A stretch of 64,000 nucleotides of DNA from Lingula anatina (Eukaryota > Animalia > Brachiopoda). Below, piece after piece: positions 1 to 11,613 of the stretch. Each line of letters begins with the position of its first letter. Positions within the stretch are counted from its first letter, which is position 1. A program made the position numbers and the translations under genes. The DNA lies in assembly GCA_051362555.1 (NCBI GenBank), contig CM120647.1, forward strand, positions 1,736,001 to 1,800,000, read 5' to 3'. The notes beneath the pieces are model-generated. The model was given only the letters and a program-made list of their open reading frames with translations. It was not told the DNA's origin and did no database searches.

Positions 1-220
1 GTGGTGGCACATTCAGACGTGGAGGGTGAGGCAGAGGTGGAGGTGGGGGCACATTCAGACGTGGAGACTGAGGCAGAGGTGGAGGTGGGGGCACATTCAG
101 ACGTGGAGACTGAGGCAGAGGTGGAGGTGGGGGCACATTCAGACGTGGAGGCTGTGGCAGAGGTGGAGGCGCAGGTACATACCGACGTGGAGGCTGAGGC
201 AAAGGTGGGGGCGGAGGTGT
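1..220 (-). repeat. 42-bp coding tandem repeat encoding a Pro-rich linker (PPPLPQSPRLNVPP)
   Basis: Unit gtggaggtgggggcacattcagacgtggagactgaggcagag repeated about 4-5 times on the + strand, in frame with TRIM copy 1 on the - strand. Confidence 0.9.
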
Positions 221-1171
221 TGCTGCCTGCGCGGTCACCTGCCCTAACATAGCTTCCAGTGCAGCAGCAGATATTATACCAGGGCTGTAGGATATCTGTG
301 CTGGTGTGTCTGGAGTTGGTACTGGCATTTTCTCCAGTGCTGTCAGTCTCTCGGTCAGAGCCTTAGTATGAAGCATGATGTCAGAATTAGAGCCATTTGT
401 TACAAGTTCCTGGGCAAATCTGCAGGCACTTTGTAAGGAGGCATGATGAAGTTCGAAGGTGTCCGTGTTTGCTTCCTTCTGCTTTTTACTGATGTTACAA
501 GCAAATTTTACTTCTGAAATCAGTTTTTGCTCTGTAATTTCAACCAGTTTATGGAAAAATTGAGCCTGTTCTTTAATTTTGTTGATGGTATCTTCCGTGT
601 TGACCTCCTCCAATTCATTGGTTCTGTCCTTGACAACTGCTTCTTTAAACATGCCCAGTTTTGTTTCAGCTTTCCTAAGGACAGCTTTAATCTTCTCTCG
701 ATTGCTATTTGCAACATCTTCAATGGGTACAATACCATGTCTGTAATGCTCTTTTGGTATACAGTCACCACAAACAACGGCATCATCGTCTTCACAGTAG
801 TATTTCAATTCATTTGTAGGATGCTTCTCACATTTGCTCATCATTTCTGCAGTGGCTTGCGTCACTCCATGTACATCAGTGCCTTTGATTGGGGATAAGA
901 CTATATGCTGCTGTAGTTGACTGAGAATATCTTTTGCCTTTTGAATAAGATGATTCTTTTTAAGTGATAGTCCTTCTCTTGGAAATTGTATCTCTTCTGT
1001 ACAAAGGGGACACGAAAATGTCCTGTTTCGAGATCGCGTAGCATATTCCCATATACAACCATAGCAAAATGTATGGTAGCAAGGCAGCACACGGGGGTCT
1101 TCATACTCTCCCAGACAGATGCTACATGTCAAAAGATTATCTGTGAAAGCTGCTGCCAGCGCCTCGGCCAT
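2..1171 (-). CDS. TRIM2/3-like RING-B-box-coiled-coil protein, copy 1 (N-terminal part; runs off the window start)
   Basis: ATG at 1171 (MAEALAAAFTDNLLTCSICLGEYEDPRVLPCYHTFC, RING), B-box CEKHP..LKYYCEDDDAVVCGDCIPKEHYRH, coiled coil, then ...QISYSPGIISAAALEAMLGQVTAQAATPPPPPLPQPPR. Colinear with the ORF at 9364-11631. Absent from the ORF track, consistent with the frame staying open to the window edge. Confidence 0.85.
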   Translation of the reverse strand, partial: MAEALAAAFTDNLLTCSICLGEYEDPRVLPCYHTFCYGCIWEYATRSRNRTFSCPLCTEEIQFPREGLSLKKNHLIQKAKDILSQLQQHIVLSPIKGTDVHGVTQATAEMMSKCEKHPTNELKYYCEDDDAVVCGDCIPKEHYRHGIVPIEDVANSNREKIKAVLRKAETKLGMFKEAVVKDRTNELEEVNTEDTINKIKEQAQFFHKLVEITEQKLISEVKFACNISKKQKEANTDTFELHHASLQSACRFAQELVTNGSNSDIMLHTKALTERLTALEKMPVPTPDTPAQISYSPGIISAAALEAMLGQVTAQAATPPPPPLPQPPRRYVPAPPPLPQPPRLNVPPPPPLPQSPRLNVPPPPPLPQSPRLNVPPPPPLPHPPRLNVPP

Positions 1172-2007
1172 ACTGACGATGTAAAACACAAGGCAAGTTT
1201 TTTAAGTGAATAGTTCAATAGTCAAATGTAAGGCAACTCGTCTGAAGCACTCTTTATAGTGTGGAAGCAGATGATCAGGTGATGGTGACCTTGAAATTAT
1301 TCGTGGAAACTGTACTATGTCAATAGTGATAACGTGCACTATATTTGATATGGTTTTTAGTACAAGTGGACTTGCAACAATTGGGGGCAACAGTAACTTC
1401 TGCAGGGGTGATCAGTGACAAGGTACCCGGTACAACATTGTACAAAGAATAGCAGCATCTATTGACGTTTTTAAATGATTCCTATTTTTTAATTGACACA
1501 AAACTATCTAATACTTAACTTTACGAGTAATAGTGTCTCTTCATGCCAGTTGCAGTGTTTATCTGTCATTATGTGATAAATGTGGATGTTACTTTTTTTG
1601 TCAAATTCCCCCCTGCTTGAATTGTTAAGTTTATTGTGCTGCTCATGAAAATTGACACTATTGATGGACCTCAGTGCATGTAGAACTATTTACCCTTCTA
1701 CATTAATCATATGTATGCATACTCTTTACCCCTCCTTGACATAGATCTGTGAAAACTTGCCCATTGTTTGTAATCTCAGTACATGTTTGCAGGTAACCAA
1801 TCAGTGATAAAACTTCCCATTCTTTATAACCCCATCATGCAATCGTCAGGTGATGAGTCCAAAGAACTGAAACTAGTACTTTATCTCAGAGTAATAATGT
1901 TTGGTGATTATCATGTTGAGAAGAAGTGTTATAAATGACGTCTGAATGAAGATATATGTTAATAATTAATTTACTTTATGTCGGACCTTTTTGAACCAGA
2001 TCTTTAC

Positions 2008-2165
2008 CAGGGCCGTAGCCTGAGCAAAATACCAGGGGGGCAGTAAGCGGACACGAGGGTGCGAATCCCCCGAGTGGGGAGGGTGTGGGAGGGGACACCC
2101 CCCCTCCTCGGTGCGGAAAATTTTTAAAAAGTGTATGTATAATACTGCATTCTGGTGCATTTTAA
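2008..2165. mobile_element. Partial MITE/non-autonomous DNA transposon end
   Basis: Starts cagggccgtagc and continues with GC-rich ggggagggtgtgggaggggacacccccctcc and a ...tgcattctggtgcatttta motif typical of invertebrate MITEs. Not present at the paralogous site (about 12400). The second terminus was not found. Confidence 0.45.
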
Positions 2166-2704
2166 CTGTTATTTATTGCTCAATCAGAAGTCAGAAATTG
2201 TGGGATAGCTCCCTAAGGGAGGGTGAGCTTTTTGGCATGAACTGAGTTGGCTAAAAACAGTACACCTTTCTCTCTGACACAGCTTAATATACCCGTTAAA
2301 TATTCGGAACTATTTCTTAATCGCCCATTTACTCTTCACCTTGTTAATGGAGTGCTAAGGGCCGATCAATAATGTCATAGCCCTCTCTTCTCTTCTCCTT
2401 CCCCCCCCTTTCACCTCTCCTCTCTGGTTACTGATTGTCCATGTCAGTACATCATGATCAGCTGTTAGAGCAAAATACAGTGTGTTCTGTGATGCTTGCG
2501 CAGTTGAATTAGTTAATAAGTCAACCCTCCCCCCCACTGCCCCGTCTCCTTACCACTACCGGTACATCATAATGTGTCAGGGAACACCGTATTGGGGAAA
2601 TTAATATGTTTGATGTTTCATACAAGGTGTAGTATTAATTCAATAAGTGGAAGTCTTCCTTTGTCTGACAAAATTTACAAAAAATTATGAATGGAAAGCT
2701 AAGA

Positions 2705-3155
2705 TGTATGAGTAGCTTTAGATAAACATTCACACCTACATGTACAAAATGTAGCAGTTCAAAGTTTAATGTCCTTTGTTTCAAGCTAATAATCCGTTAG
2801 AACTTGATTATATGGAGTTATAGGGAGTGTCCACAATAGGGGTTGACTTTTGTTTGAATTAACCAATCAGTTTATAATTTACCTGATTGACAATTTAACT
2901 GATAAAGTTAATATAAATATAGGTGAATATAAATATTGAGGGAAACTAGGCGGAGGACTAGAGAGAGAAAGAGAGAGACTAAGAGAGGCTAGGAGGAGAG
3001 AAGATTGGACTTAGGCTGAGAAGGGATCTTTATTGTACCATGTGACTTTTAGTTAAGCAAAACACATTCTGCTGAAGTTACAACATGGAGTCGTTTTATT
3101 CTTTCCCGTGTGCAGAGTTTAAGACAGAACCTGGTAATCTCCATGGGAATTAACA
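2705..3155 (+). mobile_element. Possible degenerate solo LTR (paralogue at about 12901-13262)
   Basis: Begins TGT and ends ACA, with an internal TATA (aatataaatatt), a purine-rich tract and agttacaacatggagtcgttttattc near the 3' end. No clean target-site duplication (TSD) found. Confidence 0.3.
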
Positions 3156-4229
3156 GATCTCCAAAGATGTGATCTCAATTAACTCTTGCGGCTTTTATTT
3201 AAATGGTTATTTCATATAGTGGGGGGGGGGGGGGTCGGAGTTATAATAAAGAAGAATCCTCACGAGTAAAATTAAGGGACCCGCACAATAATCAGCTGAT
3301 AGAGTACAACACAGTGTGTCTTGTGCTACACGTACAGTTTTATTAGTTAATAAGTCACTCTGACCCCCCATCCCACTGCCTTGTCTCCCTGACACTACAA
3401 TACAGTGTGTCCTACGCTACATGTACATGTACAGTTATTAAGTCACTCTGACCCCCTCGCCCACCCACACTTCCAATTTGCCTCCTATGTCTTTGTTGTG
3501 CTTGACATCCCTTGAACGTAGTTGACAATTTAAAAGTATTCAGTTTTTAATGTTCCAGCAATTGGTTTTGGTTCTATTTGAACTACTGGTACGCATAATA
3601 TTATTTTCTGTCTTTGTCAAGATTTCCATGAATTAAAAATTCTGTTGTTTTTTTCATTTACTCTTATTTCATAGAAACCATATTATAATGCCAGATATAT
3701 TGAATTTCATTAAATGGCCTTTAGCAGGCGAATATACGAGTACCGGTGACATAATCATGCTCTAAAATATTTGATTCAGGAAACGCCTAGTTTAATAAAA
3801 GTAAGTTAAAATTCCCATCGACGTGCCATGGTCGAATTTGAAATACAAGAAACAGCAATAACATTGACATTTTCATGAAAATGGGTTTTACTTTGTATTT
3901 TTAAGACGTATTGAAACAGCCACTTTATGAAATCGCTGCATAGGTATGTTTTAACGTCCGGTTTAATATTCGCGTTCTGCTTTGTGTAAATTTGGCTGTA
4001 ATCCATTTTCGGTTCACAATTGCAGGTTTATTGTCATTTCGAGACAGTGTGCACGTTTCAATGTATCTGTCCCTTTTATCTTCGTTTTTATTATTTTTTT
4101 AAATATGGCAGATAGATTTCCCAAAATTATTCAAATAGAAAGCAATATTGAATCCATGTTAAAAGACTAATGGTTTCCTCATCACGAACAAGGTGAATAA
4201 ACTAAAAACTTTACTGAGAGGACAAAGGC

Positions 4230-4385
4230 GTTGTAAAGGTTCCTTTTCTGTGACTGTGGTATAAATTGGGCGGGTTTTAGAACGAGTGGTCGGTTGTCTG
4301 TCATGTGGTCGGGATCAGGTAACCGTGGGGAAGACGCGCCAGTAGCCGTGACCTTAAAGCACATTTTGCGCCATTACGGGGTTTT
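4230..4385 (-). promoter_or_regulatory. Putative promoter/first non-coding exon of TRIM copy 1
   Basis: GC-richer island about 3.1 kb upstream of the ATG, more conserved with 14482-14620 than its flanks. Contains gcgccatt (YY1-type ATGGCG on the - strand) and a gggcggg box. Confidence 0.35.
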
Positions 4386-6074
4386 AACTTTTAAAAAAGT
4401 CACTTTAGGATGTGTGTGTTGTTGACAGGGCTGAGGATACTCTGTCACCCGATTTTATTGTCATCAATTTGCTAGATTGTTTTTATCTACCAACTCGGAG
4501 TATCAATGTGCCAGCAGTCACATTCGGTTACCGAACCAAATCATATCCATCATTAGCTAGGTAGTTGGAACATAGATGGTAATTATTTAGCACAAGCTGA
4601 TAAAATATTTCTGCCCGAAGCTTGCCTTGACGTCCTTATACCAGCTTTATATTACCAGGTATAAATATGACTGAATCACTACAACATATTTAGAACATGA
4701 TACGAAAAATGAAAGATATATGACAAGGAACAAATCTTGCCTGGAACATAAGCTACGGAAGCACATGTTACCAATTAATCTTCTTACGTAATGGAATAAA
4801 CATGACAAAAATTAAATGTAGATGTAAAATTGAGACAGTCGTGAGTTTTTGTTCTATAAACATATGTTTTTTAAAATAGAAGACATCTCCGAATTAATTC
4901 AGTTTTATTTATTTATTGTTTTATTTTATACTTCAGCATGTGAAATGCACCTCTACATTGGGTTTGGGTGTTCAGCAACTTACATGTATTTCAGGCAGCT
5001 GAAATGCACATCTAGTTGCAAAAAAAATTGTTCACTATCAGTTCATACAGGGCTACGTGAACTTGAAAAAGCTAAACATCCCCAGAAATGCGCTGCATGA
5101 CGTAACGCCTAGCCCACTGCTCATGCGTGCATTTTAATGAGTTGCTAGATTGCCATAGGAAAATGAATGGGTTCGCGATTCGTGGGTAATTCGCGATAAT
5201 TGACAAACTAACGGCCTGATGCCGATAGACAACAACGCTGTGCTATGCTCCAAGCAACTCCTGACCAAATATCGCTAGGGTTTTTTAAAAAATTCTGTTG
5301 TACACACGTACTAAGAAGTGTGCTGTGCATTGCCTAGCCCACCCTCAGCAAAACGCAAATATTTTCAGAAATAGTGATTTTAGACGTTCATTCACTCAGA
5401 AACAAAGGCAAACTAATTCGTTGCCGATAGCACCAGCAGATAACAGCACCATACAGAGTATGATTAAAAATTTTCATAGCAATTGAAGAACTTTTACCAC
5501 TGTACAATGGAGTCCAAAAAAGAGGGTAGGGAATAGGCCTACAGTGTAGGGGGTGGTGGGCTCATGTCCTAGTCAGATTCCACTTTACCAGAATAACACG
5601 ATTCAGAGCTGGGCCTCTGAGGACGTGTGTTTTTACAGCGCCCCTTGCAGAGTAGAAAGCGGCTCTTAGAGTGTGTTAGGCTTTTCGTCTTTATTATGAG
5701 CAGCGATTGTCTCTGATAGGAAGGTAGGTGTCTCACCTACATAGTATGAGATTTATAGTCTTTGATATATATAGGGGGCCCTGTACTGCCCCCCCCCCCC
5801 CGACCCCTCTATCAACAATCACGAATAATTAAAACAGGTCAATCAACAATCACGAAGATATATTCATGTCAATCACCAATCACGAGGAATTGAAAACTGT
5901 CACTAATTATCAAGATAGAAAATTGCCCTACTTGCAGGAATGCAAAGAATTTATAATATAACCAGAATGATTTATTCCATGTGTTGAATGGCAGGAATCG
6001 TCTGCTTAGAGATATTTAGTCATTTTCATTGGTCAGGATTCCCGCGACAGAGACTAATAATAATAATAATAATA

Positions 6075-6409
6075 ATTATTATTATTATTATTTCTTAAAA
6101 CCGCGCTACACTACCGTCTCAGTGCTGTTTACAGGTAAAATTATCGGGATTACAACTAATTATATAGATAATAAAAGCTAAGGTAAAAAAACAATTAAAC
6201 TATTTAAAGCTGGTTAAAATGGTAATGGTCTGAACAATAAAACTCTTTTCTGATAAAATGAGAAAATATTAATTAAAATACTGTGCAAATAAGAATGTTT
6301 TAAAGTCTTTTGAAAAACCTCAACGCTATCAATAGTCCGAATGTGTGAGGGTAGTTGATTCCATAAAATGGGTGCTGAAATTGAAAATGCCCTGTGGCCG
6401 TAGGTTTTG

Positions 6410-6410
<1 letters not shown>
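6075..6410 (-). mobile_element. 5'-truncated LINE (L2/CR1 group) 3' end
   Basis: Translation TYGHRAFSISAPILWNQLPSHIRTIDSVEVFQKTLK matches the typical L2/CR1 ORF2 C-terminus (G.RAFS.AAP.LWN.LP..IR). It is followed by tgtaaacagcactgagac...gtagcgcggttttaagaa and an (AAT)n tail. Confidence 0.75.
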
Positions 6411-6453
<43 letters not shown>

Positions 6454-6787
6454 CTGATACGTTTTGTGGGGAATGAACAAGTAGGATTTGCCAGCTTTTG
6501 GTAGTCAACTTTGGCTCCTCGAGCACTTCTCACAGAGTCTGTGTGCGATGCCATTGTTGTGCTGTGATTGGCTAGTTGAGTCACGTGAAGCCCTACTGTA
6601 GCGCCCTCGCGTATCGAGTGAATGCTGCGCATTTCTGGCCATGCAATTAGACATGGACGAATAATGTTTAGATATCCAAGACTAACTTGTGGATTTCGAT
6701 AGGAGAATAACATATAACTGACAACTCGAAAATAAAACATGTATACATCAAATATAGCTATATACATACTTTTTTCGGTCTGACAGA

Positions 6788-6830
<43 letters not shown>

Positions 6831-7708
6831 TTATTTTTTTTTTTTATGTGACACATTTTGAAGTTTTGTCAGACCGAATATCTGATTTTTTTTATTTTAG
6901 GAAGTCTGTGATAAGCCTATGCTTTTCACAATAGTTTTTTTTGTCGTCTGCCAATATATTCCTATTTAATTGATAAAATTGTCCATGTGATGAGGGCTAT
7001 ACTATCAGAACTAGTAATTATTACATGTAAGTATCCATGCACTTAAGCATCAGTGAAAGTTTTTAAGATTATGCCTGATTTCAGAGTTTTTAACCTAAAA
7101 ATGATTTCTGAGAAAAGAAAAAAAAAGGAAACTAGACTGAGGTGTATCTCTGATTTTATTGAAAGCACAGTTTAAAAAGATCACAGTTGATTCATTGAAT
7201 CAAATCTTCAGTTGTCACAGTGGTAAAACGATAACAATGACAATTGGACCAATTTTTTATTTTATTCTATTATTCTATTTTATTTCATTTGTTTTCTTTT
7301 TGATGATGGTGGTGTGTGTGTGTGTGTGGGGGGGGGGGGTGTGCATTGAACGTTATTTACAAGTACTGAAATGATCTAACCTGGCCCTTCTGTTATGCTG
7401 CCAGTAGATGTTAATTCATACTTAAATATATAATTTGCCATTTCTATCAAAGAAACTTCAAATCATGTTTCCTTTTAAGGCTACAGCTCAGCAGTGCAGT
7501 ATATGCTGCGAGTAAAAGATGTGAAAAGTATTTAATAATAATAATAATAATAATAATTTATTGAGCACTAAAATGTTTCAGTACATTTTGCAGGCCCTCT
7601 AAACTACTTGTGTTATACATACATGTAATATATATCTAGACCTATTATCCCACTTATTTGATATCAGGCTTTCAAACACAAATGTAATTATATGTTTCAT
7701 AATTACCT

Positions 7709-8235
7709 TACGTAGGGTTGATTGATAAGTAGTGAGCCTCATATAGAAGGGGTACACATTTTACAAGTATTTTTCTTTATTTTTCAACATAGTCTCCTTG
7801 AGTATCTGTACACTTTTGCCAGCGAATTTTGAGAGCCTCTATGCCACTTTTATAGAAGCCGTTCAGAAACTCCTCCAATTCACGTATGACGTCATCATCT
7901 GACACAAAGTGAGTACCTGAAATGTACTTTTTCAATTTGGGAAATAGATTATAGTCAGAGGGAGCAAGATCAGGCGAATAAGGTGGATGTTCTATCAGTT
8001 CAAAGCCACACTCGTTGATTGTAGCCATGGCAATGACAGACTTGTGAGCAGGGGCATTTTGCAAAAGTCACTTGCCTTGCTTATTTGAAAGTGCTACCTC
8101 GTCGACATAAACTAACCAAATGACACCAAACTTCGGCTACACACCTTTAAATAGTCAGGGAATAGAAGGGCCGAAAAGGGATATCCCTGCTTAACCCCTT
8201 CCACACGAGGCTCACTACTTATCAATCAACCCGTA
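7709..8235 (-). mobile_element. Internally deleted mariner element with transposase C-terminal remnant (7777-8064)
   Basis: Perfect 26-bp inverted repeats gggttgattgataagtagtgagcctc (7715-7740 and 8207-8232) with flanking TA. The ORF contains NAPAH...HPPYSPDLAPSDYNLFPKLK...RWQKC...GDYVEK, the mariner signature. Confidence 0.93.
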
Positions 8236-8424
8236 TATACATAATCTACAGTAACAAGTGGAAGTATTTCTTATAAATGTGGGAAAAAAATAAACTATAA
8301 GAAAGGAAATAATTTTTAAAATTAATAATATTAATAATAAAAATGATGATAATAATAAGATAAAAATACCTATATTACACAATGACAATTACATTGTTCT
8401 ATATTGAGGTATACTTGCTCATTA

Positions 8425-8724
8425 TTATTGACAGGCTAGTCTTTTTTTAAATGTTTCTTGGATGAAGTGAGACACGGTTTTTAGACAGTGTTCACTTTGA
8501 GGATTGAGGAGCCAGACAAGTTTTTCTACATCAGATGACAATTGAGGCGGTATCATTTTTATCATATTTTCTCTTTCGTTCACATGCTCATTACATTTTA
8601 GTAGGAAATGCGCTTCTGTTTCAACATCATTGCAATGTGGACATTTTCGGTTTTCTACTGGTTTTTTGGGTTTTGTGTAGCGACCTCTTTCGATTTCTAA
8701 GTCATGGTCGCTGATTCGAAATTT
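8425..8724 (-). mobile_element. 5'-truncated non-LTR retrotransposon ORF2 C-terminus (RTE-X-like, CCHC zinc knuckle)
   Basis: Manually translated open frame with no start codon: KFRISDHDLEIERGRYTKPKKPVENRKCPHCNDVETEAHFLLKC...FIQETFKKRLACQ*. Confidence 0.8.
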
Positions 8725-9105
8725 ATATTATATTGTACCCTGTGAAATGTCATGCTGTAGTTTCTCAGCACTCAATTACTCGATCTTTTCAATGAAGGAG
8801 GAAATTGTGAATTTTCCGGATAGCGTTCCGGTATTTTAAAGTAACAATTTCTTAAAATTAGAACATTCCTATTGAGTAGTAGAAAAATTAAAAAAACAGA
8901 GTACTCTAAAATTCTATTTTATGCAGATAAAGCACCAAAAATGCTACACAAAAATATAATTTTTGTGATCATAAAATTATGTATCTGAAAGTTTGATAAT
9001 TTTGGCCATTAAGTCATTAACATATGGATCAAATTTCTCCTACCATGTAACTATAAAGAGAACTATAAAAATTGGTATAGCAATGCCTTGGTGTGAACAG
9101 TATAT

Positions 9106-11613
9106 TCATCGCAAGTACTGAAAAATCTTAACTTTGTCCTGTTTCTCTGCTACCACCAGCTGGCCAGCAGGGTTGATGGCTAATGCTGTGGGGTGCTCCA
9201 ACCCATCATTTTTAGTGGCAATGTATCTGATCAATTGTCCCTTTGAACTCAGTACCACTATCCTGTGGTTTTCACTGTCAGCAATGAAGATGTGGCCATA
9301 GCTGTCTGTGCACACTCCACATGGTCCACACAGCTGACCATCACCACTGCCTCGTGTGCCATACTAGTGCAGCTGTTTACCAGTAGGTGAGAGCACATGT
9401 ACACAGTGTCCCAGCCAGTCTGAAATGACAATGTTATCATCCAACCTGTTCACGGTGATGTACTCTGGTAATTTGTACATACTGAGTGGAATAGTGTTCA
9501 GAAGCTGTTCACTGTCTGCAAGGAATGTGAAAATGGATTTCTTACTTCTGTCACAAACCATTATATAACCTCGACTGTTCAGTGTTATACCATATGGATC
9601 ATTAACTTGACCCTGGCCCATGGTTGTCACCTGCTGACCTCTGGTGGAATACACTTTGACACATTTGTCACCCGATGATGTTATATACAGGTGACCAGTC
9701 TGTGACACAGCCACGTCAAATGGTTCATTTAATATAATGTCAAATTTAAATTCCCCTGCATGTGTGAATACATTTGTTCTATTATAATCTTTTGCAAAAG
9801 ATTCTTTTCTTTTCACAGTGAACACGAGTTGTTCATCTACGGCCAGCCCAGTTACGTACGTGTTAATTTGATCACCCTTCAATTTAGCACTGAAAGAATG
9901 CACACATTCTGCCTTCTCTAAGAAAACATGAGCATGTGGTGCTGTTCTTGGATTTGCCCCCAGGTTAAGCAGATGTCGAGGAAGTGACAGCCTAGGAGAT
10001 AAAGGTGGAGGCGGAGGTGGAGGTGGAGGCGGAGCATGTGGTGCTGATCTTGGATTTGTCCCCAGGTTAAGCAGAGGTCGAGGAAGTGACAGTCTAATAG
10101 ATAGAGGTGGAGGCGGAGGTGGAGGTGGAGGCGGAGGCGGAGGCGGAGCATATGGTGCTGATCTTGGATTTGCCCCCAGGTTAAGCAGATGTCGAGGAAG
10201 TGACAGCCTAGGAGATAAAGGTGGAGGCGGAGGTGGAGGTGGAGGCGGAGCATGTGGTGCTGATCTTGGATTTGTCCCCAGGTTAAGCAGAGGTCGAGGA
10301 AGTGACAGTCTAATAGATAGAGGTGGAGGCGGAGGTGGAGGTGGAGGCGGAGGCGGAGGCGGAGCATATGGTGCTGATCTTGGATTTGCCCCCAGGTTAA
10401 GCAGATGTCGAGGAAGTGACAGCCTAGGAGATAAAGGTGGAGGCGGAGGTGGAGGTGGAGGCGGAGCATGTGGTGCTGATCTTGGATTTGTCCCCAGGTT
10501 AAGCAGAGGTCGAGGAAGTGACAGTCTAATAGATAGAGGTGGAGGCGGAGGTGGAGGCGGAGGCGGAGCATGTGGTGCTGATCTTGGATTTGTCCCCATA
10601 TTAAGCAGAGGTCGAGGAAGTGACAGCCTAGGAGATAGAGGTGGAGAGGTAGGAGCTGCTGACTGCACTGTCACCTGTCCTAACAAGGCTTCCAGTCTGG
10701 CAGCGGATATCTCACCAGGGCTGTAGGATATCTGTGCTGGTGTGTCTGGAGTTGGCACTGGCATTTTCTCCATCGCTGTCAGTCTCTCTGTCAGAGCCTT
10801 AGTATGAAGCATGATGTCAGAATCAGAGCCATTTGTTATAAGTTCCTGGGCAAATCTAGAGGCACTTTGTAAGGAGGCATGGTACAGTTCGAAGGTGTCC
10901 TTGTTTGCCTCCTTCTGCTTTTTTCTAATATCACAAGCAAAATTTACCTCTGATATCAGTTTGTGCTCACTCACTTCAACCAGTCTATGGATAGATCGAG
11001 CCTGTTCTTTAATTCTATTGATGGTGGCCTCCGTATTGATTTCCTCCAATTCATTGGTTCTGTCATTGGCAACTGTTTCTTTTAACATGCCAAGTTTTGT
11101 TTCAATTTTCATAAGGACAGCTTTAATATTTTTTCGATTGCTATTCGCCACGTTCTCAACTGGCACAATACCATGTCTGTAATGTTCTTTTGGTATACAG
11201 TCACCACAAACAACGTTATCATCGTCTTCACAGTAGTATTTTAAATCATTTGTAGGATGCTTCTCACATTTGCTCATCATTTGTGTAACGGCTTGCGTCA
11301 CATAACATACATCAGTGTCTATGGTTGGAGATGAGACTTCATGCTGCTGTCGCTGACTTAGAAGATCTTTTGCCTTATGAATAAGATGATTCTTTTTAAG
11401 CGCAAGCCCTTCTCTTGGAAATAATATCTCTTCTCTGCATAGGGGACACAAAAATGTCCTGTCCCGAGACACAGTTTGCGTAGCATGGTCACATATGCAA
11501 CCATAGCAAAATGTATGGTAGCAAGGCAGCACACGGGGGTCCTCATACTCTCCCAGACAGATGCTACATTTCAAGAGATTATCTGTGAAAGCTGCTGCCA
11601 ACGCCTCGGCCAT
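9106..11613 (-). pseudogene. TRIM2/3-like RING-B-box-coiled-coil-NHL E3 ligase, copy 2, with one in-frame TAG at 9364-9366
   Basis: Intronless ORF from ATG 11613: C3HC4 RING (CSIC..C.H..C..C..CPLC), B-box, coiled coil, Pro-rich repeat, NHL repeats (PFDVAV, DPYGITL). The same frame continues after the TAG as YGTRGSGDGQLCGPCGVCTDSYGHIFIADSENHRI...HPTALAINPAGQLVVAEKQDKVKIFQYLR* to 9106. Confidence 0.85.
9935..10650 (-). repeat. Coding higher-order tandem repeat: 7 Pro-rich monomers with a 216-bp dimer period
   Basis: ttaagcagatgtcgaggaagtgacagcc recurs at 9965, 10181 and 10397. Monomers alternate LSIRLSLPRPLLNLGTNPRSAPHA and LSPRLSLPRHLLNLGANPRSAPYA, separated by poly-Pro runs. Confidence 0.95.

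Larger units (their letters stand above)
230..4620. repeat. Segmental tandem duplication, unit 1 (TRIM gene plus about 3.4 kb upstream)
   Basis: Colinear similarity to about 10670-14870 in both coding and non-coding sequence, e.g. 2560-2600 vs 12783-12820, 3780-3890 vs 14050-14160, 4240-4375 vs 14482-14616. Confidence 0.9.

Noticed and set aside
1-252. Plus-strand ORFs with EVEVGAHSDV or RWRWGHIQTW repeats
   Set aside because: Antisense shadows of the Pro-rich repeat in TRIM copy 1.
5810-5910. tcaacaatcacga repeated about every 31 bp with variable spacers (superficially CRISPR-like)
   Set aside because: Only 3 degenerate short units, spacers related to each other, no cas genes, eukaryotic context. 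More likely transposon subterminal repeats.
9364-9366. Alternative genetic code (TAG/TAA read as Gln), suggested by in-frame stops here and at 55306-56917
   Set aside because: Gene A ends in TAG and genes B and C end in TAA at natural domain ends, so the standard code fits.
9918-10571. 217-aa alternative-frame ORF rich in L/H/R
   Set aside because: Frame-shifted reading of the tandem repeat within the TRIM ORF. It is open only because the unit lacks stops.
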